The notes: a model not told the origin generated them from the letters alone. Counted from the stretch's first letter, positions 27,150 through 36,011 are shown. The stretch is DNA of 37,500 bases from a virus (IMGVR_UViG_3300005758_000105:1-37500), one strand, 5' to 3'. Made by a program: numbers and translations.

Positions 27150-28343
27150 TTAAACTGTTGCATAATACTCAATAGTGATTTCATTAGCTTCGTCAATACT
27201 AAACTTGCCTGGTGCTGCAGCATTGGGATCAAAGCCTTGACCAGTAAATGTTAGTGTTGTGCTAATAACTTGTTCAGTATTAATAGTAGGAATCTGCAAC
27301 ATAGCTGCTGGAATCTTTAAGTCAACGTGTGTATTAGTATTACCACCTAACTGCACATTAATTGCATATGAAGGGTTAATTTCATTTGCAGCATTAGCAA
27401 TTAGACCACTTAATAAACCACCAGTATTACTTGCACCACTACGTAAGTATGCGGTCAGTGTACCTGTAATACTACGTGTACCTGTAAAATAAGTAATAGG
27501 TAGGTTAACAACACCTAGGTTAGCTGGTGTTAAATATGTTAAGTTATTGCTTAGGGTAATATTGCCACCAGTAATAGGTACTGAGAAATCGCTGCCTGTA
27601 AAGTCGTCAATATCATTATTGACCTGTAATACCGTTAACTTGTTAGTAATGTACTTAGCTAAAGTATTCTTTTCTTTGGCATCATTAGTGCCAGTTGCTA
27701 AGTCAGCACCTGTTAGTGGTACTTGTGCGCTGGCTGGAGTACCTGCAGCAATATCTAGTTGACGAACTAAACTGCCCTTACCTGCCCACTGAATTGCTGC
27801 GATTGCATCGATACCAAAGTCAATAGTAGCGGTATCTAGTGCGCAGTTATCTAAAACATAGGCTAAGTCGTCAAATATGATGATTAGTCCAAATGCTTGT
27901 AGTTGGTGTTTATTACTTTGTGCTACTGTTAATGTGGCTTTAGTTGCACCATTGTTCCAAGCACTTGCGTTTACACCAGTTGTACCACCATTGATCGGCT
28001 TATCGCCTGCAAAAGCGTTCCACAAATAACCTTCTTCAGCGCTAATTGTAGTACCATTATTGAATGGACGTAAATATGTTGAGAAACTAAAGTCTAGAGG
28101 CTCTAGTGCTGTGTTGAAACTGCGCTGACCACGAGCTGGTGTAGCACCAGCTTCATTTAGTGTAACAGTGTCAATTGTTGTGTTTTGACTAAAGGTCATG
28201 CCTTCCAAGACTTGAATCTCAAAAGTATTTGTTTCGCTAAACAAGCTGCCTGTGTCTTTATATGCACCGGCTTTTACACGACCTTGGCTATCTACGTTGG
28301 TAGTAAAGAAAACTCTACTATTACGAATTAAATTAACTGCCAT
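27150..28343 (-). CDS. Major tail tube protein, T5 pb6-like, lacking the C-terminal Ig domain (397 aa)
   Basis: LIRNSRVF; NEAGATPARGQRSFNTAL; FSTY; NKLTVL; PITGG...NNLTYLTP; TGTLTAYL match recalled pb6 motifs. Confidence 0.92.
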   Translation of the reverse strand: MAVNLIRNSRVFFTTNVDSQGRVKAGAYKDTGSLFSETNTFEIQVLEGMTFSQNTTIDTVTLNEAGATPARGQRSFNTALEPLDFSFSTYLRPFNNGTTISAEEGYLWNAFAGDKPINGGTTGVNASAWNNGATKATLTVAQSNKHQLQAFGLIIIFDDLAYVLDNCALDTATIDFGIDAIAAIQWAGKGSLVRQLDIAAGTPASAQVPLTGADLATGTNDAKEKNTLAKYITNKLTVLQVNNDIDDFTGSDFSVPITGGNITLSNNLTYLTPANLGVVNLPITYFTGTRSITGTLTAYLRSGASNTGGLLSGLIANAANEINPSYAINVQLGGNTNTHVDLKIPAAMLQIPTINTEQVISTTLTFTGQGFDPNAAAPGKFSIDEANEITIEYYATV

Positions 28344-28415
28344 AGTTATTCCTTTTTAATGTATAACCTTGAGCACCTTTACTAGACTATTATCTGCGCT
28401 GGTGTATCGTAGTTA

Positions 28416-28853
28416 TTAAAGTGCATAACGCACTTCTAAGTTAATTTCGCCAACGCCGTATGGAGCCAGCAAACCTTCGTCTGTAGTAATACTCTGAATT
28501 AGTATTTCCGTTGTTTCCAGACTATTTACTACATCATATTGTAGTACGCGATTTTGATCTATGCACAGCTCTAAGTCATCCAATAAATCTTCTAGCTGTT
28601 CTTGTGCACTGTCTTCGCTTTGTACATAAACTTTTACACATACTTGCAACAGACCCCAGGTAAACTGGCTGGGCAGATAGTCGCGTGTTTCACTACCTGG
28701 ATGTATATAGACGCATGGAAAATCTTGAACTTCATCCCAAAACTTTAGTTTAGCAAAACTATTTTGGAATAAGTTGGTTTTATATTGCCCAGTGCCATCT
28801 ATTTCTTTAAATTTTTCACTTAATGCTTTAACTATACTAGTTCGTCTGCTCAT
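28416..28853 (-). CDS. Tail terminator protein, T5 p142-like
   Basis: RTSIVKAL...DEVQDFP...ETRDYLPS...TTDEGLLAPYGVGE; position before the tail tube. Confidence 0.88.
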   Translation of the reverse strand: MSRRTSIVKALSEKFKEIDGTGQYKTNLFQNSFAKLKFWDEVQDFPCVYIHPGSETRDYLPSQFTWGLLQVCVKVYVQSEDSAQEQLEDLLDDLELCIDQNRVLQYDVVNSLETTEILIQSITTDEGLLAPYGVGEINLEVRYAL

Positions 28854-30433
28854 ACTAATACTGCCCTCATCCTGTTAGCAATTTGCGGTTGCATAATTTC
28901 TCTGATAGATTTGCTGATAAGCAGTTTAGGATCACGACTTCTAGGTAGCTCCTGTCTACCGCCTTGGCTAAAAGTTGCATATGGATTCTTCATATAAGTG
29001 TAAAAAGCAGTTATCATACCTTGTCGACTTTCACTAAGTCGCTGTACTTTTACACTTTCAGCAAATCGACCACTACGCAGGTTGAGTACATCACGGCGAT
29101 TGCCTGTACCCATATTACGCTTAACTTGCTCTACTAAACTGCCGTCTAGAATTTTTTGTAAGCCAGTAATATTGGATACTTGTTTAATTGCGGCAGATTT
29201 AACTGCAACTGTTTTTGCTATCTTATTCTTTTTAACAGACTTTTTTACTTTATCAACAGCTTGTTTAAAATCTTGTGCAACTTTACTAATATTAATAACT
29301 TCTTTGTGTTTAGTAACTATAGGTCTAGGTTTAATTTTACTTTTAGTTTGTTTTACGGCCGCACCTGTTTTTATAATGCTAGCTATAGATTTTCCTATAC
29401 CGTCTTTTATAGTTACAGAACCTGGTGCATTTATTAAACTGTTTGCTAAAAAATTTGCATTTTTAACAATTTGATCGTATATGCCTTGCTGCTGTAGCGG
29501 CTCTTTTAATTCTTGCGCTTTTTGTAGTATAACATCTACTACAGGTTGTAACGACTGTATAAGCTTTTTAATAGCTTCTTGTGTTACTCCTGTTTCACCT
29601 TTACTAGCTGACTGAATTAAATTATTTAAATATTTTCCAGTTTGTTGTAGTAATCTACCTGCCGCCTCATTATCTGCCGTAAACTGTAACTCAGTTATTA
29701 GTCTAGGATTCTCTCCTAGTGCGTATTTAGTAGCATCTATAAATACTTGAGATTCCGTAATTAGATTACTTGTTAAATAGTCTGCATCTAATACAGCTTT
29801 TAAAATAGAGTCTAATGCTTGCAGTGCTTGTGGATCCTCTAGTCCAGGCATGCTTACAGTAAAATCTCTATAAGTTGCGTCTACACTAGTACTGACTTTT
29901 GCTGTTACACCTAATGCTACTTTTAGCTTTAAAAAGAAAATACCTGCAAGGTGACCCGACTGTACATTTTGTCTAATATTATCTATTACAGACTTTGGTA
30001 CTTGCTTTAAATTACTACTAATATAGTCTATAAAGTAATTTTTTAAAGTATCTTGTGGTACATTTTCCAGTCTAATATCTGTTACGGCATACTCAGATAC
30101 TTTTGCTCTTTTTTCATTTTCTATATAACTAACAAAGTCAAAGAAAAACTCTGGGCTATTTAAAAAGTTGGCAACTATTTGTTTAACACTACCCTCTTCC
30201 ATAGTTTCCACTATTCTTTTAGATAGTGCAGACATACCGTCTATGGTTAAACTTGAAGTGTGAAAGTCTGCTGCTTCAAATCTTTTTCTTAAATCTTTTG
30301 TTCCAGGTACTTCTTTAAATATCTGCTTTCTAGTTTTGCCTTTAAAACTAGCCAAGTCTATTTTATTGGAACCATCACCATAAATGTCTAGAATATGCTT
30401 ACGAAGTATAGGCGAAAATTGTGCTACACTCAT
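28850..30433 (-). CDS. Tail completion protein, T5 p143-like C-terminus with a large N-terminal extension (527 aa)
   Basis: C-terminal LNLRSGRFAESVKV...YTYMKNPYATF...RDPKLLI; syntenic position; ATGA overlaps at both ends. Confidence 0.75.
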   Translation of the reverse strand: MSVAQFSPILRKHILDIYGDGSNKIDLASFKGKTRKQIFKEVPGTKDLRKRFEAADFHTSSLTIDGMSALSKRIVETMEEGSVKQIVANFLNSPEFFFDFVSYIENEKRAKVSEYAVTDIRLENVPQDTLKNYFIDYISSNLKQVPKSVIDNIRQNVQSGHLAGIFFLKLKVALGVTAKVSTSVDATYRDFTVSMPGLEDPQALQALDSILKAVLDADYLTSNLITESQVFIDATKYALGENPRLITELQFTADNEAAGRLLQQTGKYLNNLIQSASKGETGVTQEAIKKLIQSLQPVVDVILQKAQELKEPLQQQGIYDQIVKNANFLANSLINAPGSVTIKDGIGKSIASIIKTGAAVKQTKSKIKPRPIVTKHKEVINISKVAQDFKQAVDKVKKSVKKNKIAKTVAVKSAAIKQVSNITGLQKILDGSLVEQVKRNMGTGNRRDVLNLRSGRFAESVKVQRLSESRQGMITAFYTYMKNPYATFSQGGRQELPRSRDPKLLISKSIREIMQPQIANRMRAVLV

Positions 30434-30996
30434 GTATAGTCCACCACATATTGATCTAAGATACGTTTGATGTGTGCCGGTAGATTGGTAGTACTTACAT
30501 ATTCAATTTGTACACTATTTGTACCTGGCGCTTTGGTACTGTGTATAGCACCATCGTTTTTACGATAGTAGGTAATCAAATCTAATACGGCTAGTTTTAA
30601 GTCTTGTGGTACAAACTCATAGCCTGCAAAATAATTAACTTTATATCCATTAATTAACTCGGGCCAAACTCCTGTTGCATGTAAAGATATAATACTATCA
30701 CCTTCTTGTACCCAGTCTGTAAACTTTGTTAGCTTAGTATAAGTTTGGCCATAGTTTATACTACGCTCAACACTTATAACTTGTGTAACTGGAGTCTCTT
30801 TTAGCAGTAGTGCTGCGAATCCGCCCTTAAATACTTCAGTTTTAGCTTCATCAAAATAATCAATAAAGCTTCTTTTACAATATGTCTTCACTAGTTCCGA
30901 TACTTTTGGAACTAAAAAATCAATTTCAGCATCATGGTTAGTACTATTGATGCCAGCGTATGTTTTATATTCTTGCTTTGTAACTAAATCTGCCAT
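30430..30996 (-). CDS. Head completion/head-tail connector protein (T5 p144/gp6-like)
   Basis: AGGAGG SD to ATG 30996; LVTKQEYKTY...TYCKRSF...YFAGY..VPQDLKLAVLDL. Confidence 0.88.
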   Translation of the reverse strand: MADLVTKQEYKTYAGINSTNHDAEIDFLVPKVSELVKTYCKRSFIDYFDEAKTEVFKGGFAALLLKETPVTQVISVERSINYGQTYTKLTKFTDWVQEGDSIISLHATGVWPELINGYKVNYFAGYEFVPQDLKLAVLDLITYYRKNDGAIHSTKAPGTNSVQIEYVSTTNLPAHIKRILDQYVVDYT

Positions 30997-31041
30997 CAAC
31001 TAGTCCTCCTGTCTTTTAACTAGACTCACTAGAATCCAGTT

Positions 31042-31070
31042 AAAAGACAGGGATCGATTAGATCCCTGTC
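31042..31070 (-). terminator. Intrinsic terminator after the major capsid gene (short U tract, likely leaky)
   Basis: GACAGGGATC-TAATC-GATCCCTGTC-TTTT. Confidence 0.8.
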
Positions 31071-31079
31071 CAAGTAACA

Positions 31080-32408
31080 TTAAGCTACGTAACGGATAGC
31101 GCTGACGCCAGCACCATGGTTGGTTGTAACTTGTGTTAGACCTGTGCGTAGGCTTGCAACCATTACACGGCGTTGTGTCTCAACTAGGTCGTCTGTGTCA
31201 ACACGTAGACCACGCTGATTACCAACTAAGAAGTTAGCTGGTGCAAAGCATATGGCACCAACTTCACCGGCAGCCTTGCTTGCAAACTCAGCACTTACTA
31301 GTACTGGGCTGTTTGCAACTGTACCGATTTGACCTGTTAGGAAAGTAGCCTGTGGGCCAACCTTGTCCATTGTCTGGAAGTTAGCGTCGTCTAGTAGGTC
31401 ATAATAACCTTCTGTGCTAACGACATAGATGATCTCGCTTGGGTCAAGACCCCAGGCACCTAGATCACGACGTGCATCGCGTAGCTTAGCAACTGTTAAC
31501 TTGTCACCATTACTGATATCAAGTGTAACTGCACTTGCTGCGTCATATGCAGCTAGACCCTTAACAGGATCAGCACCTGCACCAGCACCTAGGCTAAATG
31601 CCTTGTCAACTGCGCGTGCAACACGGCGAACCATGGCGTCACGAACAACTGGCATAATTGCTAGCAGAGCGTCTTCTTCCTCTTCGAAAGCGACATACTC
31701 GTTTGTAGCAACCTTGTATGCGTTTAAGGTGATTTCCTTTAGGGCGTGTGTAGCATTGCCACCTGCGCTACCACTTGTACCGAACTGGTTGTTCTGTACC
31801 CAAGTTGCCATGCCTGCCTCTGGATTTACAGGGATAGTCATAACATTGGTTTGCATGTTAATTGCACGCATTGTTGGTGCAATAACTAGACGGCGGCGAA
31901 CTTCGTTTTCCATGGTTAGGCTAACTTCAGTTTCCCATGTAGCGCTAGGTACGTGTGCACCGTACTTTTCAACCATTTCGCGACCAAACTTGGTGCTTTC
32001 TAGGCTCTTGCCACTCATCTTGGCTAGTAGAATAGCCTTTTCTTTGTCAGCATATTGCATTTCGGTCTTGTTATCACCAAATTGCATCTTGCTCTTTTGG
32101 ATAGCTTCTAGTTCAGCAGCCTTCTCTTTAAGAGCAGCTTCTAAACCTTCTAGAGCCTTCTTGCTATCAGCACGTTCGGCTTCTAGACGCTTTTCAACTT
32201 CTGCTAGTAGCTTGTCAGCACCAGTTTCTGTTGGAGTAACGGCAGCAACAGCGGCCTTAATGCGAGCTTGTAGCTCGGCTTCTGCCTTTTCTTGAGCAGC
32301 CTTTTCTTGAGCAGCCTTTTCTTGGGCTTGAACTAAAGCCTTGGCTGTTTGTTCGGCAGCCTTAGCAGCAGCATCAGCTAGCAGCTTCTCTAAATCTTTT
32401 GGATCCAT
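31080..32408 (-). CDS. Major capsid precursor from an internal in-frame start (442 aa, MDPKDLEK...)
   Basis: AAAAAGGA SD 7 nt before ATG 32408; the same 15-mer precedes the tail tube gene. Confidence 0.75.
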   Translation of the reverse strand: MDPKDLEKLLADAAAKAAEQTAKALVQAQEKAAQEKAAQEKAEAELQARIKAAVAAVTPTETGADKLLAEVEKRLEAERADSKKALEGLEAALKEKAAELEAIQKSKMQFGDNKTEMQYADKEKAILLAKMSGKSLESTKFGREMVEKYGAHVPSATWETEVSLTMENEVRRRLVIAPTMRAINMQTNVMTIPVNPEAGMATWVQNNQFGTSGSAGGNATHALKEITLNAYKVATNEYVAFEEEEDALLAIMPVVRDAMVRRVARAVDKAFSLGAGAGADPVKGLAAYDAASAVTLDISNGDKLTVAKLRDARRDLGAWGLDPSEIIYVVSTEGYYDLLDDANFQTMDKVGPQATFLTGQIGTVANSPVLVSAEFASKAAGEVGAICFAPANFLVGNQRGLRVDTDDLVETQRRVMVASLRTGLTQVTTNHGAGVSAIRYVA

Positions 32409-33002
32409 ATCCCATTCCTTTTTAATGTCGCTATTTGCTTCCGTTGAGGACTCTAGCCCTTTAGCTGACTCGCTGCCGGGTGCAAATTGCTGTTTATACA
32501 AACTATATTCCTCGTCAGTATCAAATGACTTGGCTAAATTAAACAATGTGTTTTGATTTGCTGGCACTGACACGACGGAAATTTCATGTAGTTCCAAATC
32601 TTTAACTAAGAAAACTTCGGCTGCTGCATTGTACTCCGCGTCCTTAATACGGAATCCAATACTAAAGGCGCTTAGCACACCCTTTTTAATCAGCTTGTAC
32701 ACATCGCCGGCAGCATCTGAAATTGTGGCTTTAATCCACAAACCTTTGCTGTCGACTTTATGTTCTACCATTTTGCCTACCGGCATAGTATGATTATGAT
32801 AGGCAAGGATAACAGGATTTTTTAAATAATCTGCTAACCCTTTTTCCCAAACGCCAGTTGGGACTACGTCTCCGTGTCTGTCTTTGTCGTTGGTACTAGC
32901 ATAACCTTCAATCATTATGCTCTGATCTTCATCATCGTCTTTGGGTAGTGCTTTGGCAGTAAATTTACTGTTAAAGTAAAGTATTTTATCTTTTTCTACC
33001 AT
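31080..33002 (-). CDS. Fused HK97-type prohead protease + scaffold (delta) domain + major capsid protein (640 aa)
   Basis: IEGYAST, NPVILAYHNH, SAFSIGF, LHEISVVSVPAN protease motifs; coiled coil; HK97-fold capsid C-terminus; AAAGGAG SD. Confidence 0.95.
   Translation of the reverse strand: MVEKDKILYFNSKFTAKALPKDDDEDQSIMIEGYASTNDKDRHGDVVPTGVWEKGLADYLKNPVILAYHNHTMPVGKMVEHKVDSKGLWIKATISDAAGDVYKLIKKGVLSAFSIGFRIKDAEYNAAAEVFLVKDLELHEISVVSVPANQNTLFNLAKSFDTDEEYSLYKQQFAPGSESAKGLESSTEANSDIKKEWDMDPKDLEKLLADAAAKAAEQTAKALVQAQEKAAQEKAAQEKAEAELQARIKAAVAAVTPTETGADKLLAEVEKRLEAERADSKKALEGLEAALKEKAAELEAIQKSKMQFGDNKTEMQYADKEKAILLAKMSGKSLESTKFGREMVEKYGAHVPSATWETEVSLTMENEVRRRLVIAPTMRAINMQTNVMTIPVNPEAGMATWVQNNQFGTSGSAGGNATHALKEITLNAYKVATNEYVAFEEEEDALLAIMPVVRDAMVRRVARAVDKAFSLGAGAGADPVKGLAAYDAASAVTLDISNGDKLTVAKLRDARRDLGAWGLDPSEIIYVVSTEGYYDLLDDANFQTMDKVGPQATFLTGQIGTVANSPVLVSAEFASKAAGEVGAICFAPANFLVGNQRGLRVDTDDLVETQRRVMVASLRTGLTQVTTNHGAGVSAIRYVA
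32284..32328 (-). repeat. 3 x 15-bp tandem repeat encoding (AQEKA)n in the scaffold coiled coil
   Basis: gccttttcttgagca x2 followed by gccttttcttgggct on the + strand. Confidence 0.85.
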
Positions 33003-33011
33003 AATACTCCT

Positions 33012-34190
33012 TTATTGCTGTGGTCTCCCACCTTGCGATGGATCAGCAGCGCTACCAGCAATATTAGCTGGTATTCTTAAATCGTCATGACCGGTCATAC
33101 TGTCATAACGCAACTCTTTTCTGGCTTCGTTTGGAGTGATAACGCCACCATTTACTAATGCAACATGATATTGTGCAATATCTTTTAATTCGGGCTGTAA
33201 CGCGCTAACATTGCTTGTAATTGGTTCCACATCATATCCGAAGTATCGCTCGATACTGGAAACATACTTACGTACAGCTGGAATAACTGTTTCCAAGTAA
33301 AATAAGCGAAGATTAGGGGAAATGTTAGCATTATTACCGCCCATTAATAATATTGGAGGAACTCCTACTGCAGTCATAATTTTTTCGCTGTGAGTTTTGA
33401 TCGACTGATCAAAATCCATTTCTTTAAAACTTGCGTCAGTAATATTGTGAGGTTTTAAGCCACTGTCCAAGATAATTGGTCGCTTGCCACCATTTTTGCT
33501 GCTATATTTTTGTAACCAGTAATTAATTGTTTTTTCTTTTGCTAGTTGTGATAGTGTGTTGTCCGATGTTAATACTAAACCAAATACAGCACCATTATCA
33601 AAGAATTGTTCTTGAAATTGTTGCATGCTGTACAAAATCTTTACACTACGCTCAGCGGCCTCTAGCCTGCTGGCTCCGCGATAAATGCTCTCGCTACTAG
33701 TATCACGGAAATAAAATACTTCGCTTTCCTTAAAGTCCACCAAACCATTATACTTAAAACCTTTGATAAATGTTTTAGTATCGGTTAAGATTTCTACACT
33801 TTCTGCTGGTAGGTGGTATAGAAAGGTACCATCAAAATGCACAAAGGCATTTCCCTCCAGCAACAAGTCTGTAAAAATGCACTGGCGGAATTCCAGTGCA
33901 CTTTGATAAGGATTAGGACGAAAGTTAAGTAATGTGTTTAGTGTCTTTTGACGTAAACCACCCACCACCCCGTCGTGTACTTTGTCCTTTATATCGTAGT
34001 CTAGACTGGCGGCTGCATTAACCACCATTGATACACTACGATTTACTGATTCTAGCTTCTTAAAAGCTTGACGATATGTAATTAACTTGGCTTCGCTGCC
34101 TAAGTTTGTACCCTCGCCTTGTGCGATACGTTCCTGTGCTGGATTCAATTTTTCCACCAGCCAGTGACGCATATTTGTGACTATGCCCAT
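33012..34190 (-). CDS. Portal protein (HK97 family, T5 pb7-like)
   Basis: KLNPAQ; LLNFRPNPYQS; DLLLEGNAF; FFDNGA; VGVPPILL; GVITPNEAR; RIPANIAGSA. Confidence 0.95.
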   Translation of the reverse strand: MGIVTNMRHWLVEKLNPAQERIAQGEGTNLGSEAKLITYRQAFKKLESVNRSVSMVVNAAASLDYDIKDKVHDGVVGGLRQKTLNTLLNFRPNPYQSALEFRQCIFTDLLLEGNAFVHFDGTFLYHLPAESVEILTDTKTFIKGFKYNGLVDFKESEVFYFRDTSSESIYRGASRLEAAERSVKILYSMQQFQEQFFDNGAVFGLVLTSDNTLSQLAKEKTINYWLQKYSSKNGGKRPIILDSGLKPHNITDASFKEMDFDQSIKTHSEKIMTAVGVPPILLMGGNNANISPNLRLFYLETVIPAVRKYVSSIERYFGYDVEPITSNVSALQPELKDIAQYHVALVNGGVITPNEARKELRYDSMTGHDDLRIPANIAGSAADPSQGGRPQQ

Positions 34191-34199
34191 GCCAACCCC

Positions 34200-34631
34200 T
34201 TAGCAAAATTCGCTGAAGTGGCTGCCAAAGCTAGGCTTGTTAATACTTTCACCGTTCAAGTGTTTTTCTTGCTGCAGTTTTATCCAGCGAGCTTGTTTAG
34301 GCTCCGAACCTGGTTGTGGAGTTTTACCGTAAATACCGTGTAGTTGTACATGATGCCGGTTGCATAGGGTATACACCTGATCATATATTTCCGCATGGTG
34401 TTCACTGATAAACTCATCACGAACAGCCAAAATACCCTCGTCAGTGCTAATATCGTAGCCTTGAGCCTGTGCCCACCTTTCCAGCAGTACAGTTATACTG
34501 TGTAAGTGATGTAGTTCTAAATCTTGACTAGTACCACAAATAAAGCATTTGTCTTGCTTTTCATAGGCTGATTTAGCCCTATCACGCACCCACTTTACGG
34601 GTATACGCTTATTTGTATTTTTTGCCACCAC
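34200..34631 (-). CDS. HNH/Zn-finger endonuclease, T5 SciA-like nicking endonuclease
   Basis: CFICG...LELHH...TLCNRHHVQLH; position between terL and portal as in T5; GTG start with TAAGG SD. Confidence 0.85.
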   Translation of the reverse strand: MVAKNTNKRIPVKWVRDRAKSAYEKQDKCFICGTSQDLELHHLHSITVLLERWAQAQGYDISTDEGILAVRDEFISEHHAEIYDQVYTLCNRHHVQLHGIYGKTPQPGSEPKQARWIKLQQEKHLNGESINKPSFGSHFSEFC

Positions 34632-34661
34632 TAAACCTTACTTACACAAATGGATACAAGT

Positions 34662-34690
34662 ATTATACACCACAAGCACAGCATTGTCAA
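34662..34690 (-). promoter_or_regulatory. sigma70 promoter for the head/tail-tube operon
   Basis: TTGACA-17 nt-TATAAT, upstream AAAAATTAGCA. Confidence 0.9.
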
Positions 34691-34708
34691 TGCTAATTTT
34701 TGTACTAC

Positions 34709-36010
34709 CTATATAGTATAGGTATAAAGGGCATAGCGTAACGCATCAGCCATGTGCGAATAATCATCATGTTTTGGTCGTTCGCGCTGTAAACCTTCAC
34801 GATCATCCCAACGATACTGGTCCAACATAGCTAAGACGTGTTTGCAGTCTTCGTGTATAACTAGTCTGCCTTGTTGTATTAGTGTTTGTAGGTAAGCGAT
34901 GCCTGGCAGCACATCTTTTTTAGCTTTTGTGGTTGCTAAATCGTACTGGTAGGCAAGGTCACTACTAAACTGTGCAGCTGCCGAATCTATAAAAATAGTT
35001 TCCACGCCCCACTGTTGGCACATTTCCTGAAAGTGCTTGGCGTGTTCAGCTGTGGTACGCTCTGCTTCTTGATAGTCCTGCACAACGTAGAACTTATCCG
35101 ATTCAAAGTGGTAGCCCACAACAACAAAAGCAGTGTGGTCACGGTAGCCAGGGTCACAACCAGCTATAAATTCACAGCGACGCTGCTCCAACACATCACT
35201 GGGCAGCTCCACAACAACATTATCCTGCTTTAATTCATAGATTTGACCTGCATAACTGGTAAAGCTGGCTAAATACTCTTGTTCAAATTCAGCTTTACTC
35301 ATGCTACGGCGTGCTTCCTCAACATCAGACTCGGCCATACGGGTATTTTCACTGTAGTCGGCCTGCAAACTAACCCACTCTGGAAATCCACTATCAAAGC
35401 CACGATTCCAAAATTGACTAAACCAGTTTTGTTTGCCACGTGGTGTAGAAATAAATATGGCTTTAGCATTAGGCTTGTCTAGTGTTGGGCGTAAGGCGAC
35501 ATTAAAAGCAGCCTCGCCTCCCTCTCCAAGAGCGGCCTCGTCGAATATAATGAGATCATAGCTGCGTCCAACTGTACTGTCCACGGTACTGAGCGAGCCC
35601 ATGCGTATAGTGCTGCCGTTGCTGAGTTCAATAATTTTGTCTTTAAGGTTATCACGCGTAACTTCCAAGTCAAAGTGTTTTATCAACCTGCGCTGTAGTT
35701 CAAAACTAATGCTCGATAAGTTGTAGTTTGGCGAAATGATCAGCACATTACTATTGGGCACTAAGGTAACCAGTTGTCCAATCACATTAGCAATGTAAGT
35801 TTTGCCCAGTCGACGGGCAAGTGCGGCGCAAATGAATCGGTATTTAGGGTCATTAACTGCGTTGATCAATGCGATTTGGGGGCGGTTAATGGTGTCGTAG
35901 ATGCCTAGTAGTTTTAGGTAGTTGTCAATTGGCAGTTTAATAAATCGCTGGTCTCCAGGAAACTCTACAATATGTTCACACTCTACATCTGGTCTGCTTA
36001 CAATTAACAT
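34709..36010 (-). CDS. terL: Terminase large subunit (T5-like)
   Basis: Walker A ARRLGKT, Walker B LIIFDE, ISTPRG, nuclease GCDPG...DSAA...HMADALRY. Confidence 0.97.
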   Translation of the reverse strand: MLIVSRPDVECEHIVEFPGDQRFIKLPIDNYLKLLGIYDTINRPQIALINAVNDPKYRFICAALARRLGKTYIANVIGQLVTLVPNSNVLIISPNYNLSSISFELQRRLIKHFDLEVTRDNLKDKIIELSNGSTIRMGSLSTVDSTVGRSYDLIIFDEAALGEGGEAAFNVALRPTLDKPNAKAIFISTPRGKQNWFSQFWNRGFDSGFPEWVSLQADYSENTRMAESDVEEARRSMSKAEFEQEYLASFTSYAGQIYELKQDNVVVELPSDVLEQRRCEFIAGCDPGYRDHTAFVVVGYHFESDKFYVVQDYQEAERTTAEHAKHFQEMCQQWGVETIFIDSAAAQFSSDLAYQYDLATTKAKKDVLPGIAYLQTLIQQGRLVIHEDCKHVLAMLDQYRWDDREGLQRERPKHDDYSHMADALRYALYTYTI

Positions 36011-36011
36011 A

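Noticed and set aside
28363-28415. Possible structured RNA in the leader of the tail tube gene
   Set aside because: Only 4-bp stems (CACC/GGTG, AGAU/GUCU) visible; not distinguishable from chance without an alignment
32284-32328. 15-bp tandem repeat as a phase-variation locus
   Set aside because: Unit length is a multiple of three and lies in a coiled coil; copy change would not switch expression
34709-36010. Intein or intron in the terminase
   Set aside because: The 433-aa ORF is contiguous and of normal length with all motifs in order
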